Virus record (IMG/VR): IMGVR_UViG_3300031578_000001
DNA length: 64,000 bases
Strand: one strand, 5' to 3'
Source: a virus
Shown here in pieces: positions 26,250 to 34,945 of the stretch. The first letter of the stretch is position 1; each line of letters starts with the position of its first letter. A program made the position numbers and the translations under genes. The notes under the pieces were generated by a model. The model was not told the origin of the DNA and did no database searches. It was given only the letters and a program-made list of their open reading frames with translations.

Positions 26250-29031
26250 CATCCAAGCCGCCGACGTAGGCATTCACATCTTCGTGCTCAAGGTCACTGA
26301 TTCCGCGGGCGTACCTGTCTCTGTCACTGACCCGGTCACGATGGAAGTCGCCCCCTACGGCTACGACCGCGTGATCGAGTTCCTCATCGACACGAGGTTC
26401 AGATCTCTTCTCGATCGCTACAACCTCGATGAGGTGACACGCAACAAGGTCGAGCGTCATTTCTTCCGCAGCCTCATGGGGGTCGAAGGGGACACGTTAG
26501 TCCATATGGATCGCGACATCTTCTGCGAGGATTGGCCTACTCCAGGGACTGACAAGACCCTGCGCGAGGTCCTCGAGCTGATCGACACCTCGGCCTCTGA
26601 AGCGATCAAGACCATCAACTCGATTCAACCTGATCTCGCTACCAATGACTTCAGGGTTAGAGGCACGGCAGGAGTCACGATCACTCCGATCACCAATGGT
26701 CTCGAAATCGGAGTCGTAGATCTTCAGAAGGTGGAGAGATACACGGCCGTAGGGTCCGTGGCTCCTGGAGCCAATCTTGATCTCCTGCTCCAGTCCAGGC
26801 CCACTTTCTTTGACGCCTTGGTGGAGACGTCCCCGGACATCTGGTATCCCGTGGCCGATATCCCCGCCTTCGCCGGCAAGCACATAGATCACAGCATCGT
26901 GGGAATCAGCGGGAACGTGATCGCGCACGCGGTCGGAATGAGGGGAAGCGTACCCGTCGTCCACGTGATCTGGAACGATCCGGGATCTCCGTCCATCAAG
27001 ATCTCGAGATTCCACGGAGAGACCCTGGCCCTCGAGCAGACGATAGGATTCGTCCCGGCCGCACCGATCGTTGGCTATCCTCTGATCATGGTCGGAATCA
27101 ACGGTCAGGTGATCATTGCCTGGTGCAACACGGCTGGGGACTTCTGGCATGGGATCTTGAATCCATCCGATTACACGGACACGACGCTGCCCACCTATCT
27201 GAATCCACCGGTCCTGACGGCGGCCCTGAACCCGAGCGCCCCTCCGATCAGCAACAACCGGCTCATCGGCGCCGTGGTGCCCTCAGGCCCCTCAGCGGGC
27301 CTCTGCTACATCGGGCTGGATCAGGCCGGCACTCCGGCCGTGATAGAGATCAACACCCTCACAGCAGGGCCAGGAGGGGGCTACACGGGCACGACAGCGA
27401 CCGGTCCGGCTGGAGCGGCGTGGTTGGATATGCTCGTGGACTCCCCAAGTAATCTTCTGTTACTCCTGGGCGTGGATGGCTACGGCGGTCCAGCGGATAA
27501 CCTGGGACTCTGGGGCGTGACCATCAACCCGTTCCCGGCCGGGGCTCTGCCGGCCTATGTGGTCCTCGATGGTCCAGTGGTCGACGGTGTCTATTTCGAA
27601 GACGGGATGATGGCCTTGGGCGACTCGCCCTCGGGCTCTCCCACTCGTGCGGTCACGGCCGCCTATATCCTGAACGATTTCTCCGTCCTGCCTGGTCAAG
27701 GTTTCCTGAAGGTCGTATGGCAGGATGCGACGGAGACTTGGCCGGTAGTTCCTCCCCCCGTCGTTACCACGGTCGCGAGGGCGAAGTCGACGGACTCGCC
27801 CGGAGGCCTGTTCGTACGCGAATGGGATTCAGGTGGAAGCGACGAGTGCAACGTCTATTTCCTCGACGTCGATAAGGCCGACGTGGGTGACGTCGTGCTC
27901 AGACGCATGATGATCGTACCGAATGTCGGAGTGGTCGAAGGCGAGACCGTGGTGTCGCAATACAACTCGCTTCCCACGTGGATGAAGGCGAGTCATGTAT
28001 CTGAAGCGATCCCCGGTGCCTGGAAGCCGAGAGTGCTGACTTCTGACGACATCTTCATGAGCGTGTCGGAGACCTTCGGCGCCAAGAACTTCAACGCCTT
28101 CTACGACGACTCGAACAAGAAGGTGGTGTTCAAGAACTACTCTGAGTTCGAGTGGACTGTCCAGGTGGAAGCGCTGGTGAATACCGGAGGCACGGATCTC
28201 CCTCCCAATCTCATGATCCCGTGTTTCCAGCTTGCACAGGCTCTCAGGAACTTCTACGATGACGCCGGTTTCTTCCCGTCGCCTTCAGCGTCGGGAGGGG
28301 TGACCTGGACGGAGTCACAGTTGGCCGCATCGACCACGAGCGGCTTCCTGTTCTCGAACTACTACTCCGTCGTCCCGGGGTCGTACGACATGTACGGAGG
28401 GATGGTTGCCCAAGCCTTCTACTACTCGGATGAAGCGGCTGGTTTGGCATCCGACCAAATAGTCGTGTTTCGCTACAACTATATGCCGGTTAATATTACG
28501 GTCGCTGAATTGGTGGTCCAGGCCGTGATTGTCGCCAACCTTCCGATCACGCCTCCGTCCTCAGGAGGCGCAGCGAATCCGAACTACTACACCCTGGCGG
28601 AACTGGATGTGAAACTGGGGACGACTTTCGCATCCACCTACGTGGGACCTCCTTTCGATTACTACAAGTACTTCTGCTTCCTGGACACGACGGGAGCTCT
28701 CTATCATCACGGTTGGTTCTCGCAGAATCACATCGACACGGCTCTATCGTACGGTCCCTATCCCACCACGCAGCCCACGATCCCGGTGGAGGAGCGGTTC
28801 ACGGTGGGAGCAGACGCGACGACAGGAGTGTCAACCTCATTCATCCTGTCTCATCCCGTGGCCACGGCTCATGTGTTCGTGAACGGCATCAGGTACACGA
28901 GGGATCTGGACTGGTCCTTCGGCGCTTCCATGAACGAGATCCTGTACCTGAACCGCGCCGGCACGATCACGAACCCGGGCTACACGCTACACCAGTACGA
29001 CGAAGTCATGGTCGACAAGTACCTACTGTAG
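26071..29031 (+). CDS. 986-aa virion protein with N-terminal putative Ig (He_PIG-like) domain
   Basis: [34 protein letters not shown]...FVLKVTDS; C-terminal [15 protein letters not shown] small beta domain. Confidence 0.7.
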   Translation: [986 protein letters not shown]

Positions 29032-29039
29032 AGGAAGGC

Positions 29040-29213
29040 ATGAGGGAGAAGTGCTGTGCTTGTGATGAGATCGCCGAGGGCGAATACAGGGATCTCGACG
29101 ACTCCGTCTTCTCCGAGGCCATCCGCACCTTGATAAAAGACCCGGACGCCAAGCGCGTCTTCATCTGTGACCAATGCTCGGGCGGATCCAACATGCCCGT
29201 GCACATGCCGTAG
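29040..29213 (+). CDS. 57-aa Cys-containing small protein
   Basis: SD GGAAGG; CCAC...CDQC. Confidence 0.55.
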   Translation: MREKCCACDEIAEGEYRDLDDSVFSEAIRTLIKDPDAKRVFICDQCSGGSNMPVHMP

Positions 29214-29221
29214 GAGGTACG

Positions 29222-29581
29222 ATGCCTTTCAAGTCCGATGCTCAGAGACGCTGGATGTACGCCACTCACCCCAAGATGGCGAAGAGATGGCAGAAGGAGA
29301 CTCCGAAGGGCAAGGATCTCCCCGAGAAGGTGGCAGCGGCCTTCGTCGACGAGCTGAACAAGATCTCAGCGGCACAGGCGTTCAAACCGAGCCCTGGCCC
29401 GAAGAAGCCGGATCCGTTCAAGTCCTTCGCATCTAAGGCGCCGAGGCCGGTCCATGTTGCCGGGGTCAGGGACGCCAGTGGGAAAGGTATCGGTATCGGC
29501 TATAGCATGCAGAGCTCACCGAAGCCTTTGAAGGTCCCGGCGGGGTACGAGCAGCTCCTACGGAGAGCACCGAAGTTCTGA
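29222..29581 (+). CDS. 119-aa tagged protein beginning MPFKSDAQRRWMYATHP
   Basis: SD AGGAGG; internal tag AAFVDELNKIS. Confidence 0.75.
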   Translation: MPFKSDAQRRWMYATHPKMAKRWQKETPKGKDLPEKVAAAFVDELNKISAAQAFKPSPGPKKPDPFKSFASKAPRPVHVAGVRDASGKGIGIGYSMQSSPKPLKVPAGYEQLLRRAPKF

Positions 29582-29590
29582 GGAGGAGAA

Positions 29591-29839
29591 ATGAGAAGTC
29601 TGATTGCCACTGCCTTCGTCGACGAGCTGAGCAAGATCGCAAATGGGCTCGAGAAGGGTTCCCTCGGCAGGATGATGAGAGGCCCGAAGCACACTTATCT
29701 TAGGCCCCAGTACGCAGAGGAGATCCGGGAGCAGAGGAGGAGTCCGGAGATGAGGGGCCGAGGCAGCCGGTCCCATGAGTGGCTCAACAACGCCCGGGTG
29801 GTTGAAAGGGATATGCGGATCAGAAGAGCCTCCAGATGA
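29591..29839 (+). CDS. 82-aa Arg-rich tagged protein
   Basis: MRSLIATAFVDELSKIA; SD GGAGGAG. Confidence 0.75.
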   Translation: MRSLIATAFVDELSKIANGLEKGSLGRMMRGPKHTYLRPQYAEEIREQRRSPEMRGRGSRSHEWLNNARVVERDMRIRRASR

Positions 29840-29899
29840 GCAAGATGGGCCACATCTCAGGGAAGAACTACGCAAGAGCGATGTAGAAAGAAGACGACC

Positions 29900-30139
29900 A
29901 TGAACGACAGGATCGCGCAGTCATTCATCGACGAGCTGAACAAGATCGCCATGGGCTACGACCCTGCGAGACAGCCTCACGAACTCAATCTTCAGCGCAT
30001 GGCAGCGAAGTCAGGCGGAGGAATATCGTTCATACGAGGCGGTAAGAGTTACGGTACCCCAACCTCGATGCCGACGAATGTTCTGAAGAGCGTATCCAAG
30101 AACATCGGAGCAGGAAAGTTCAAGGTTGTGCCTCATTAG
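29900..30139 (+). CDS. 79-aa tagged protein
   Basis: MNDRIAQSFIDELNKIA. Confidence 0.75.
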   Translation: MNDRIAQSFIDELNKIAMGYDPARQPHELNLQRMAAKSGGGISFIRGGKSYGTPTSMPTNVLKSVSKNIGAGKFKVVPH

Positions 30140-30151
30140 AGGAGGCTGGGC

Positions 30152-30343
30152 GTGAAGTATGGAGTCCCAGCCTACAATCCGAAGTGGCCCTTCTGGCGAC
30201 TGTCTCTCATCCTGATCATCTCCCTTCTGGTCTTCGGGATCGCCACCTTCAGCTTCGTAGCCATCGGTTTCTCGGTGATCTCTTTCCTCCTCGCCTACCT
30301 GTTCAAGCGCGAATGGGAGAGAAAGAACGGAAGATCGAACTAA
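30152..30343 (+). CDS. 63-aa membrane protein with two hydrophobic segments
   Basis: SD GGAGG; hydrophobic stretch LSLILIISLLVFGIATFSFVAIGFSVISFLLAYLF; basic C-terminus. Confidence 0.65.
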   Translation: MKYGVPAYNPKWPFWRLSLILIISLLVFGIATFSFVAIGFSVISFLLAYLFKREWERKNGRSN

Positions 30344-30377
30344 AAAGAAAGCTGACGACGAATCACCGGCTTTCAGA

Positions 30378-30713
30378 TCACGACTTATCTTTAATGTACC
30401 CGCCACCCTTCTTTGGTGGCTTATCCACCCTATTTGTTCTCCTCCAAATTGCTGTTTTCGGAGACCATGACTTTTCGTTCACGATCTCACTAATGCGGAC
30501 TTGGGTCACACCTGCGATCACGGCGAGACAATCCTGGGATACTCCCTGGGAGTGCGCTTCTCGGACGGCTTCAATGAACTGCTCGGTGTGGATCGTGTTA
30601 TAGTGATCCTCTACTGTTTGGCCGGTCCGAACTCGACAGCCCCGCCCGTCCTCTCCGCGAGCCGGAGGGCGTCCTCGTCCTTCTCGTTCGTCGAGCCATT
30701 CTTGAAAGCCCAT
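30378..30713 (-). CDS. 111-aa HTH DNA-binding protein
   Basis: GVSQDCLAVIAGVTQVRISEIVN is an XRE-like helix-turn-helix; start reassigned to ATG 30713 (SD GGAGG). Confidence 0.65.
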   Translation of the reverse strand: MGFQEWLDEREGRGRPPARGEDGRGCRVRTGQTVEDHYNTIHTEQFIEAVREAHSQGVSQDCLAVIAGVTQVRISEIVNEKSWSPKTAIWRRTNRVDKPPKKGGGYIKDKS

Positions 30714-30723
30714 TAGATCCTCC

Positions 30724-30981
30724 TCAATCCTCGATCCTGTTGATAAGATTCTCTGCATCCTTCATCCCCAAGAAGATGGCCCCGTTCTTCTGCGCACGAA
30801 TGGCGTCGTTGGCGGAGAGGCCGAAGGCGAGCACCTTCGTCGTCTCGAGCCCGCAGTCAGGGTCCGTGCACTCGACGGGCCGTTCGAAAATGAGGAGGTA
30901 CTCGCCCGTCCGGATCACTCCCAAGGACTTTTCTGCTGCGGTGTTCTTCACCACGTAGACCTTCGTCTCCTGGTTAAACAT
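30724..30981 (-). CDS. 85-aa hypothetical protein
   Basis: SD GGAGG; tight gene packing. Confidence 0.65.
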   Translation of the reverse strand: MFNQETKVYVVKNTAAEKSLGVIRTGEYLLIFERPVECTDPDCGLETTKVLAFGLSANDAIRAQKNGAIFLGMKDAENLINRIED

Positions 30982-30990
30982 CGGTCCTCC

Positions 30991-31212
30991 TCAGTCTTGT
31001 TCGGCCTCGCTGAGACCGTCGGCGCGGCCTCGGTCGTATCCCTCGCTGTCTCCCTCTTCTTTCGCCCCTTCCAGGCACTTCTCGCATGGTTCGACCTCGA
31101 TCGCCGGATCCTGGCGCGAGTAGCTCGTCCGTCGGCGCTCGCTCGTCTGGTTGCAGAGCCCGGCGTCGCACTTGGCGCAGAAGACCTCGAACTGAACGGT
31201 CATTTCGGGCAT
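30991..31212 (-). CDS. 73-aa Zn-ribbon protein
   Basis: CAKC...CEKC; SD GAGGAG. Confidence 0.65.
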   Translation of the reverse strand: MPEMTVQFEVFCAKCDAGLCNQTSERRRTSYSRQDPAIEVEPCEKCLEGAKEEGDSEGYDRGRADGLSEAEQD

Positions 31213-31221
31213 GGTTACTCC

Positions 31222-31413
31222 TCACGCCACTTCGAATAGCAGCTCTTCAGCTCCGTACACGGCGTCCTCCCCGCACTCGTCGCACTGGTACCCGCGGGCG
31301 TCCGGTTCGACGCCACTGGTTTCGGCCCCGCAGTGGACGCAGAAGCCCAGGTTGTCGTCCTCCCGGACTGCGGCCATGACCCGGTCCTGGGTGATAGACG
31401 GGTGTAACTGCAT
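31222..31413 (-). CDS. 63-aa Zn-finger protein
   Basis: GFCVHCG...GVEPDARGYQCDECG..AVYGAEELL, a motif common in phage hypothetical proteins. Confidence 0.75.
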   Translation of the reverse strand: MQLHPSITQDRVMAAVREDDNLGFCVHCGAETSGVEPDARGYQCDECGEDAVYGAEELLFEVA

Positions 31414-31425
31414 GTCAGCCTCCTC

Positions 31426-31857
31426 TCAGCCAATCGGCCGGGCGTCTTCCGGATCATCCAGTCCGGTCTTGTCCTTGAATAGTTTCTTCTTGTGATCCTC
31501 GAAGCTCGGAAGTCCGAAGGCTTCGTCGTTGCTCACGATCTGGCCAGGGGTGCCACCACCGCCTACCGAGAACTGCTCCCACCCGGCGATGGCCAAGAAG
31601 TTTCCCGAGCACCTCTCGCACGGGACTCTCAATCCCTTGCGAGGACCTCGCGTGATCGTCTTGTGCTCCCGCCTGTAGCGAACGATCACGAAGTACTTGG
31701 TGAAGAACCGCAGGAGTTGGATGCAGCGGGCGACGAATTGATAGTTGCGGTAGGCGCAGGACTTGATCTCGTAGGTCTCGTCCTCTTCGATGCCGAAATG
31801 CTCCTTGCAGAAGTCCTCGCCGCATTGACCAGAGCGCTGCGGTCGGCCTACTTTCAC
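31426..31857 (-). CDS. 143-aa hypothetical protein
   Basis: GTGA coupling; Cys pairs. Confidence 0.55.
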   Translation of the reverse strand: MKVGRPQRSGQCGEDFCKEHFGIEEDETYEIKSCAYRNYQFVARCIQLLRFFTKYFVIVRYRREHKTITRGPRKGLRVPCERCSGNFLAIAGWEQFSVGGGGTPGQIVSNDEAFGLPSFEDHKKKLFKDKTGLDDPEDARPIG

Positions 31858-32081
31858 ACGTCCTCCGGATCCAGGGAGTACACAGCGAACAGGGCCACAC
31901 CGTGGTATTTCTCTTGCGGTGCGAGGACCTTGTTCGCCCAGTCGATTAGTTCGTTCGTGAGCAGGTCACCGATGTCGAACCGAACGCCGTTGTCGCGGTC
32001 GTCCGAGTGCTCGGGCACGTCGACGACTTCCGTCGACCAGATGCGGTCCTCCCACGCGAGCAAAAACTCGACTCGTTTCAT
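31854..32081 (-). CDS. 75-aa hypothetical protein
   Basis: ATGA-coupled operon member. Confidence 0.65.
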   Translation of the reverse strand: MKRVEFLLAWEDRIWSTEVVDVPEHSDDRDNGVRFDIGDLLTNELIDWANKVLAPQEKYHGVALFAVYSLDPEDV

Positions 32082-32305
32082 TTCAGGCAGCCCTCCACGA
32101 ACTCGTCGTACATGTTGGAGAAGGTCTGTACAACCGATCCGTTCTCGACCAGGTCGGCGATGATCCCTTCGTGGGTGAATCGAATGTGAAGCTCCTGACT
32201 CTCATCGAGCCGATCGGATTTGACGATGAGCGAGACCGTGGATTCGGCGGCTTTAACGATAACCTGCCCGTTCACCTGAACTTTGATTTCGTTGGTCATG
32301 CTCAC
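32078..32305 (-). CDS. 75-aa hypothetical protein
   Basis: Coupled operon member; SD AAGGAG. Confidence 0.65.
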   Translation of the reverse strand: MSMTNEIKVQVNGQVIVKAAESTVSLIVKSDRLDESQELHIRFTHEGIIADLVENGSVVQTFSNMYDEFVEGCLK

Positions 32306-32475
32306 TCCTTGTTGAAGGCCTTCGCTGCGTATCTGACGAGGGCGGTGTAGACCTCAGGTTCGAGAAAGATCGTGTTCGTCGCCCCGACCCCGTTCTCGGT
32401 CGTCAACTTGAACGACCCGTCTTCGACCTCGATGTAGACGCTGTCTCCGAGGTATTCCTTCTCTACTTGTTTCAT
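32302..32475 (-). CDS. 57-aa conserved phage hypothetical protein
   Basis: YLGDSVYIEVEDG..KLTTENG...NTIFLEPEV motif; start reassigned to ATG 32475 (SD GGAG). Confidence 0.65.
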   Translation of the reverse strand: MKQVEKEYLGDSVYIEVEDGSFKLTTENGVGATNTIFLEPEVYTALVRYAAKAFNKE

Positions 32476-32578
32476 GGCTCCTCTGAACGTCTCTTGCGGA
32501 TCTATAACAAATCGTAGCATTTTACTTTTCCTTTAAGCGGCCCGACTACCTTCATTAGAAACAGTTCGGCTATTCTGT

Positions 32579-32905
32579 CTAATCCTCACATCTTTGCATT
32601 TCGGGTCCTATCAATTCAATTTCAATTTTAGTTATCCTTTTTTCTTTGAAACTACCCCCAAAACGCAGACGCTCTATTATTGCATAAACATCATAAACCC
32701 CATCCCCAAACCCAGATTGAAAAGATACCGCAAGCCAATCTTTCCCGTCAGGAGTACAAACTTGACCTCCCATCTCAGGACTTATCCTGACATTAAGGGC
32801 CTGATTGTATTCATTCGGCCCGAAATATTTTTTGATATAGTACGGGTCTATAACCATCAATGTTCCGGAATTGACACCAACTCTCCCTATCTTGATTCGT
32901 TCCAT
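32579..32905 (-). CDS. 108-aa DUF4241-like protein
   Basis: IGRVGVNSGTLMVIDP...VSFQSGFGDGVYDVYA; AT-rich codons. Confidence 0.55.
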   Translation of the reverse strand: MERIKIGRVGVNSGTLMVIDPYYIKKYFGPNEYNQALNVRISPEMGGQVCTPDGKDWLAVSFQSGFGDGVYDVYAIIERLRFGGSFKEKRITKIEIELIGPEMQRCED

Positions 32906-32987
32906 TCATCATCTCCTTTAAACACTTGGGTTATTCTGTCTCGTCGTTTTCGATTCCATTTCGCTTCCCCCATAGAAAGTCTGATTA

Positions 32988-33275
32988 TCAACGGCTGAGA
33001 TAGATGCTTGCACCAGTGTCTATCCCCTTCTCGGCGGCGTACTCTTTCAGCCCCATGATAAAGCCGTCGATGTTTGCGCCCATCTTGGCGCAATGCTGAA
33101 GCATGATCATTGCAAGGCCGGTTCCCTCTGGCAGCACGAATGTTTCCCCGCGTTCGCCGGGGGCATACTCTACGACAGCCACGAAGGCGAGTCCCTTGGC
33201 TCCGCACTTGTCGGCAAGTTCTTTGAGCCGAGGTGCAATTTCCGCGTCGTACCACTCTTCAGTCGTGCTCTGCAT
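32988..33275 (-). CDS. 95-aa hypothetical protein
   Basis: Coding-like composition; GGGGG SD-like run upstream. Confidence 0.6.
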   Translation of the reverse strand: MQSTTEEWYDAEIAPRLKELADKCGAKGLAFVAVVEYAPGERGETFVLPEGTGLAMIMLQHCAKMGANIDGFIMGLKEYAAEKGIDTGASIYLSR

Positions 33276-33292
33276 CTTTACCCCCCCACCAA

Positions 33293-33436
33293 TTATGTCT
33301 TCTTTGGTTCATAGGGACACGGCAGGTGTTCCAGTTTTTTGTATTTGATTTCGTGCCTGATGCGAAAATCCGGCTCTCCCCGGCACAATCTGCACCCATT
33401 CGTGCAGTTGCATTTTACGTAATTGATCTGGGGCAT
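33293..33436 (-). CDS. 47-aa Cys-rich small protein
   Basis: MPQINYVKCNCTNGCRLCRG...; within operon. Confidence 0.45.
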   Translation of the reverse strand: MPQINYVKCNCTNGCRLCRGEPDFRIRHEIKYKKLEHLPCPYEPKKT

Positions 33437-33464
33437 TCTCGGTCCTTTCAATTCGATATTTGTG

Positions 33465-33695
33465 TCAAAAAGGTGGGTTGGGGAATTCGATCTTTGTAAA
33501 ATGGGCGTTTTCGACTTCTGATTTGTACATGAAAGACCCTTCGGCAACGTACATCGGCCTACCGTAGCCGTCTTCCCATACCTGCACCCGCACCCAGATC
33601 GGCTTGGCTTCTTTTGTTTTCCCGAAGCGATATCCATAAAACCAGTAATCTCCTGGTTCTGTCGGGAATTCCTTCGACCATACCGTATTGTTCAT
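33465..33695 (-). CDS. 76-aa hypothetical protein
   Basis: WSKEFPTEPGDYWFYG motif common in phage early genes; SD GGAG. Confidence 0.65.
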   Translation of the reverse strand: MNNTVWSKEFPTEPGDYWFYGYRFGKTKEAKPIWVRVQVWEDGYGRPMYVAEGSFMYKSEVENAHFTKIEFPNPPF

Positions 33696-33737
33696 CTTTA
33701 CTCTCCATTCTATTTGTCTTGCTTTCGACCCCAAAAG

Positions 33738-33980
33738 TCAAATACCGCTTATCGCGTCAAGGAAGTCCTGATAAGATCCGTTGTCCTTGATGATGTTTGC
33801 GGCATCCAACAACCGATGCCCGGCCTTCCCGTTGCCCATTTCCTGACAGTAGGCAAAAGTACACCGTGCTCCAACACAACCAAGGGTGCAAAGTGGGTTT
33901 CCCCTCTTTCGATTGGATTCGTCGAAAGCACGATAGCGACAGCGCTTCGCCAGGATCCTCCATTCGCCATTCGTTAGCAT
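33738..33980 (-). CDS. 80-aa Cys-rich hypothetical protein
   Basis: SD GGAGG before MLTNGEW. Confidence 0.55.
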   Translation of the reverse strand: MLTNGEWRILAKRCRYRAFDESNRKRGNPLCTLGCVGARCTFAYCQEMGNGKAGHRLLDAANIIKDNGSYQDFLDAISGI

Positions 33981-34143
33981 TGCACCCCTCCTTCCTTGCA
34001 CTCGGACTCAAGTGCCTTGCACTCCATATCAAAAGCCTTGCGGCGTTGTCTTCGACGGGCCGGGGGTTGAGCCCCAGCGTCTCCCCTGCCCGTTCAGCGG
34101 GGTTTCGCCCCACCACTGCATAAGTCACCTCCCTTTCAACTGA

Positions 34144-34266
34144 TGGCGCGGGCCGGATTCGAACCGGCTTAGGCTTCCCGTAAGGAGTAGGTAAGTCGGG
34201 GTACTCCTTGCCGCGAAACCCACCACTCCCCACCTACGTGGGCACGTCCCACCGTGCCACCGCGCC
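34144..34266 (-). ncRNA. 123-nt tRNA-like RNA with canonical acceptor, D and T arms but a 73-nt middle region
   Basis: GGCGCGG/CCGCGCC+A acceptor, GCAC/GTGC D stem, GCCGG-TTCGAAT-CCGGC T arm; no canonical anticodon loop; no encoded CCA. Confidence 0.6.
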
Positions 34267-34311
34267 TTTCTTGCATTTCCAATCCCATTTTGTTAGAATC
34301 CCCTACTATCC

Positions 34312-34487
34312 TCACTCTTTCGCTTTTTTGCTGGTCAGTCCTCTGGCTTTGCCAGCTTCCTCCAGCGTCTTCCGCGCCCAGTAGTCCAGCGTGCAGATCG
34401 TATCGCCGTTCGTGATCTCGACGCCGCCGGCGATGTTGGCGAGCCGCTTTATAGAATCGACCAGCGCGTCCCGCTCATCACGGTCAT
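34312..34487 (-). pseudogene. Probably frameshifted ~58-aa gene (MT/RDERDALVDSIKRLANIAGG...)
   Basis: ATG with SD and ATGA coupling to NADAR gives only 12 codons; the coding-like frame has no start; span of 176 nt is one base short of a codon multiple. Confidence 0.45.
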
Positions 34488-34945
34488 ACGGTCCTTCCTT
34501 TCATCTCTTCCCTGATCTTCATCAGGATCTTTCCAAGCCTGTTCTGACCCTTGATCTTGGCGCACTTCTTGCACCCGCAGTCGCCCCAGTAATTGTCGTG
34601 CCAGTGGTTCCTCTCGATGAGGATGGCGTCTCCGGTGGAGAGCAGGAGCTGGGCGAGGTTTGGTTCCAGGAACTTCTCCCTGACGATGCTCTCCATGATC
34701 CGGTCCTTCACCCGGTCCCAGTCTGGCCGAAGCGTTATGTCCCGGCCTCGTATCTTGGCGTGGCCGGCGTGGCGTGCCTCGATGATCCATGTGATCTCTG
34801 GGATCTTCTTCGTCTTGCAGGCCTGGTAGGCCTGTTCGGCAGATTTCGCGATCCAATCGTAGAGATGGTAGGAGAAGCGGATCTCACAGGGGTGGAAGTT
34901 GCTGAGGAATGCGTAGTCGCCCTTGAAAGAGTTGATGGTAGTCAT
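34484..34945 (-). CDS. NADAR (YbiA/DUF1768) family protein
   Basis: FLSNFHP, SAEQAYQACK, RPDWDRVK..IM...V..KF, LLSTGDAILIE.N.W.D.YWG, GQNRLGKILMKIRE. Confidence 0.92.
   Translation of the reverse strand: MTTINSFKGDYAFLSNFHPCEIRFSYHLYDWIAKSAEQAYQACKTKKIPEITWIIEARHAGHAKIRGRDITLRPDWDRVKDRIMESIVREKFLEPNLAQLLLSTGDAILIERNHWHDNYWGDCGCKKCAKIKGQNRLGKILMKIREEMKGRTV

Noticed and set aside
30152-30343. Holin or lysis cassette
   Set aside because: Hydrophobic small protein fits a holin in size, but no endolysin or spanin was recognised nearby; left as a membrane protein.
34144-34266. tRNA-Sec, tmRNA or a standard decoding tRNA
   Set aside because: No UCA anticodon or extended acceptor/D stems, no G3-U70 pair or tag ORF, and no canonical 7-nt anticodon loop.
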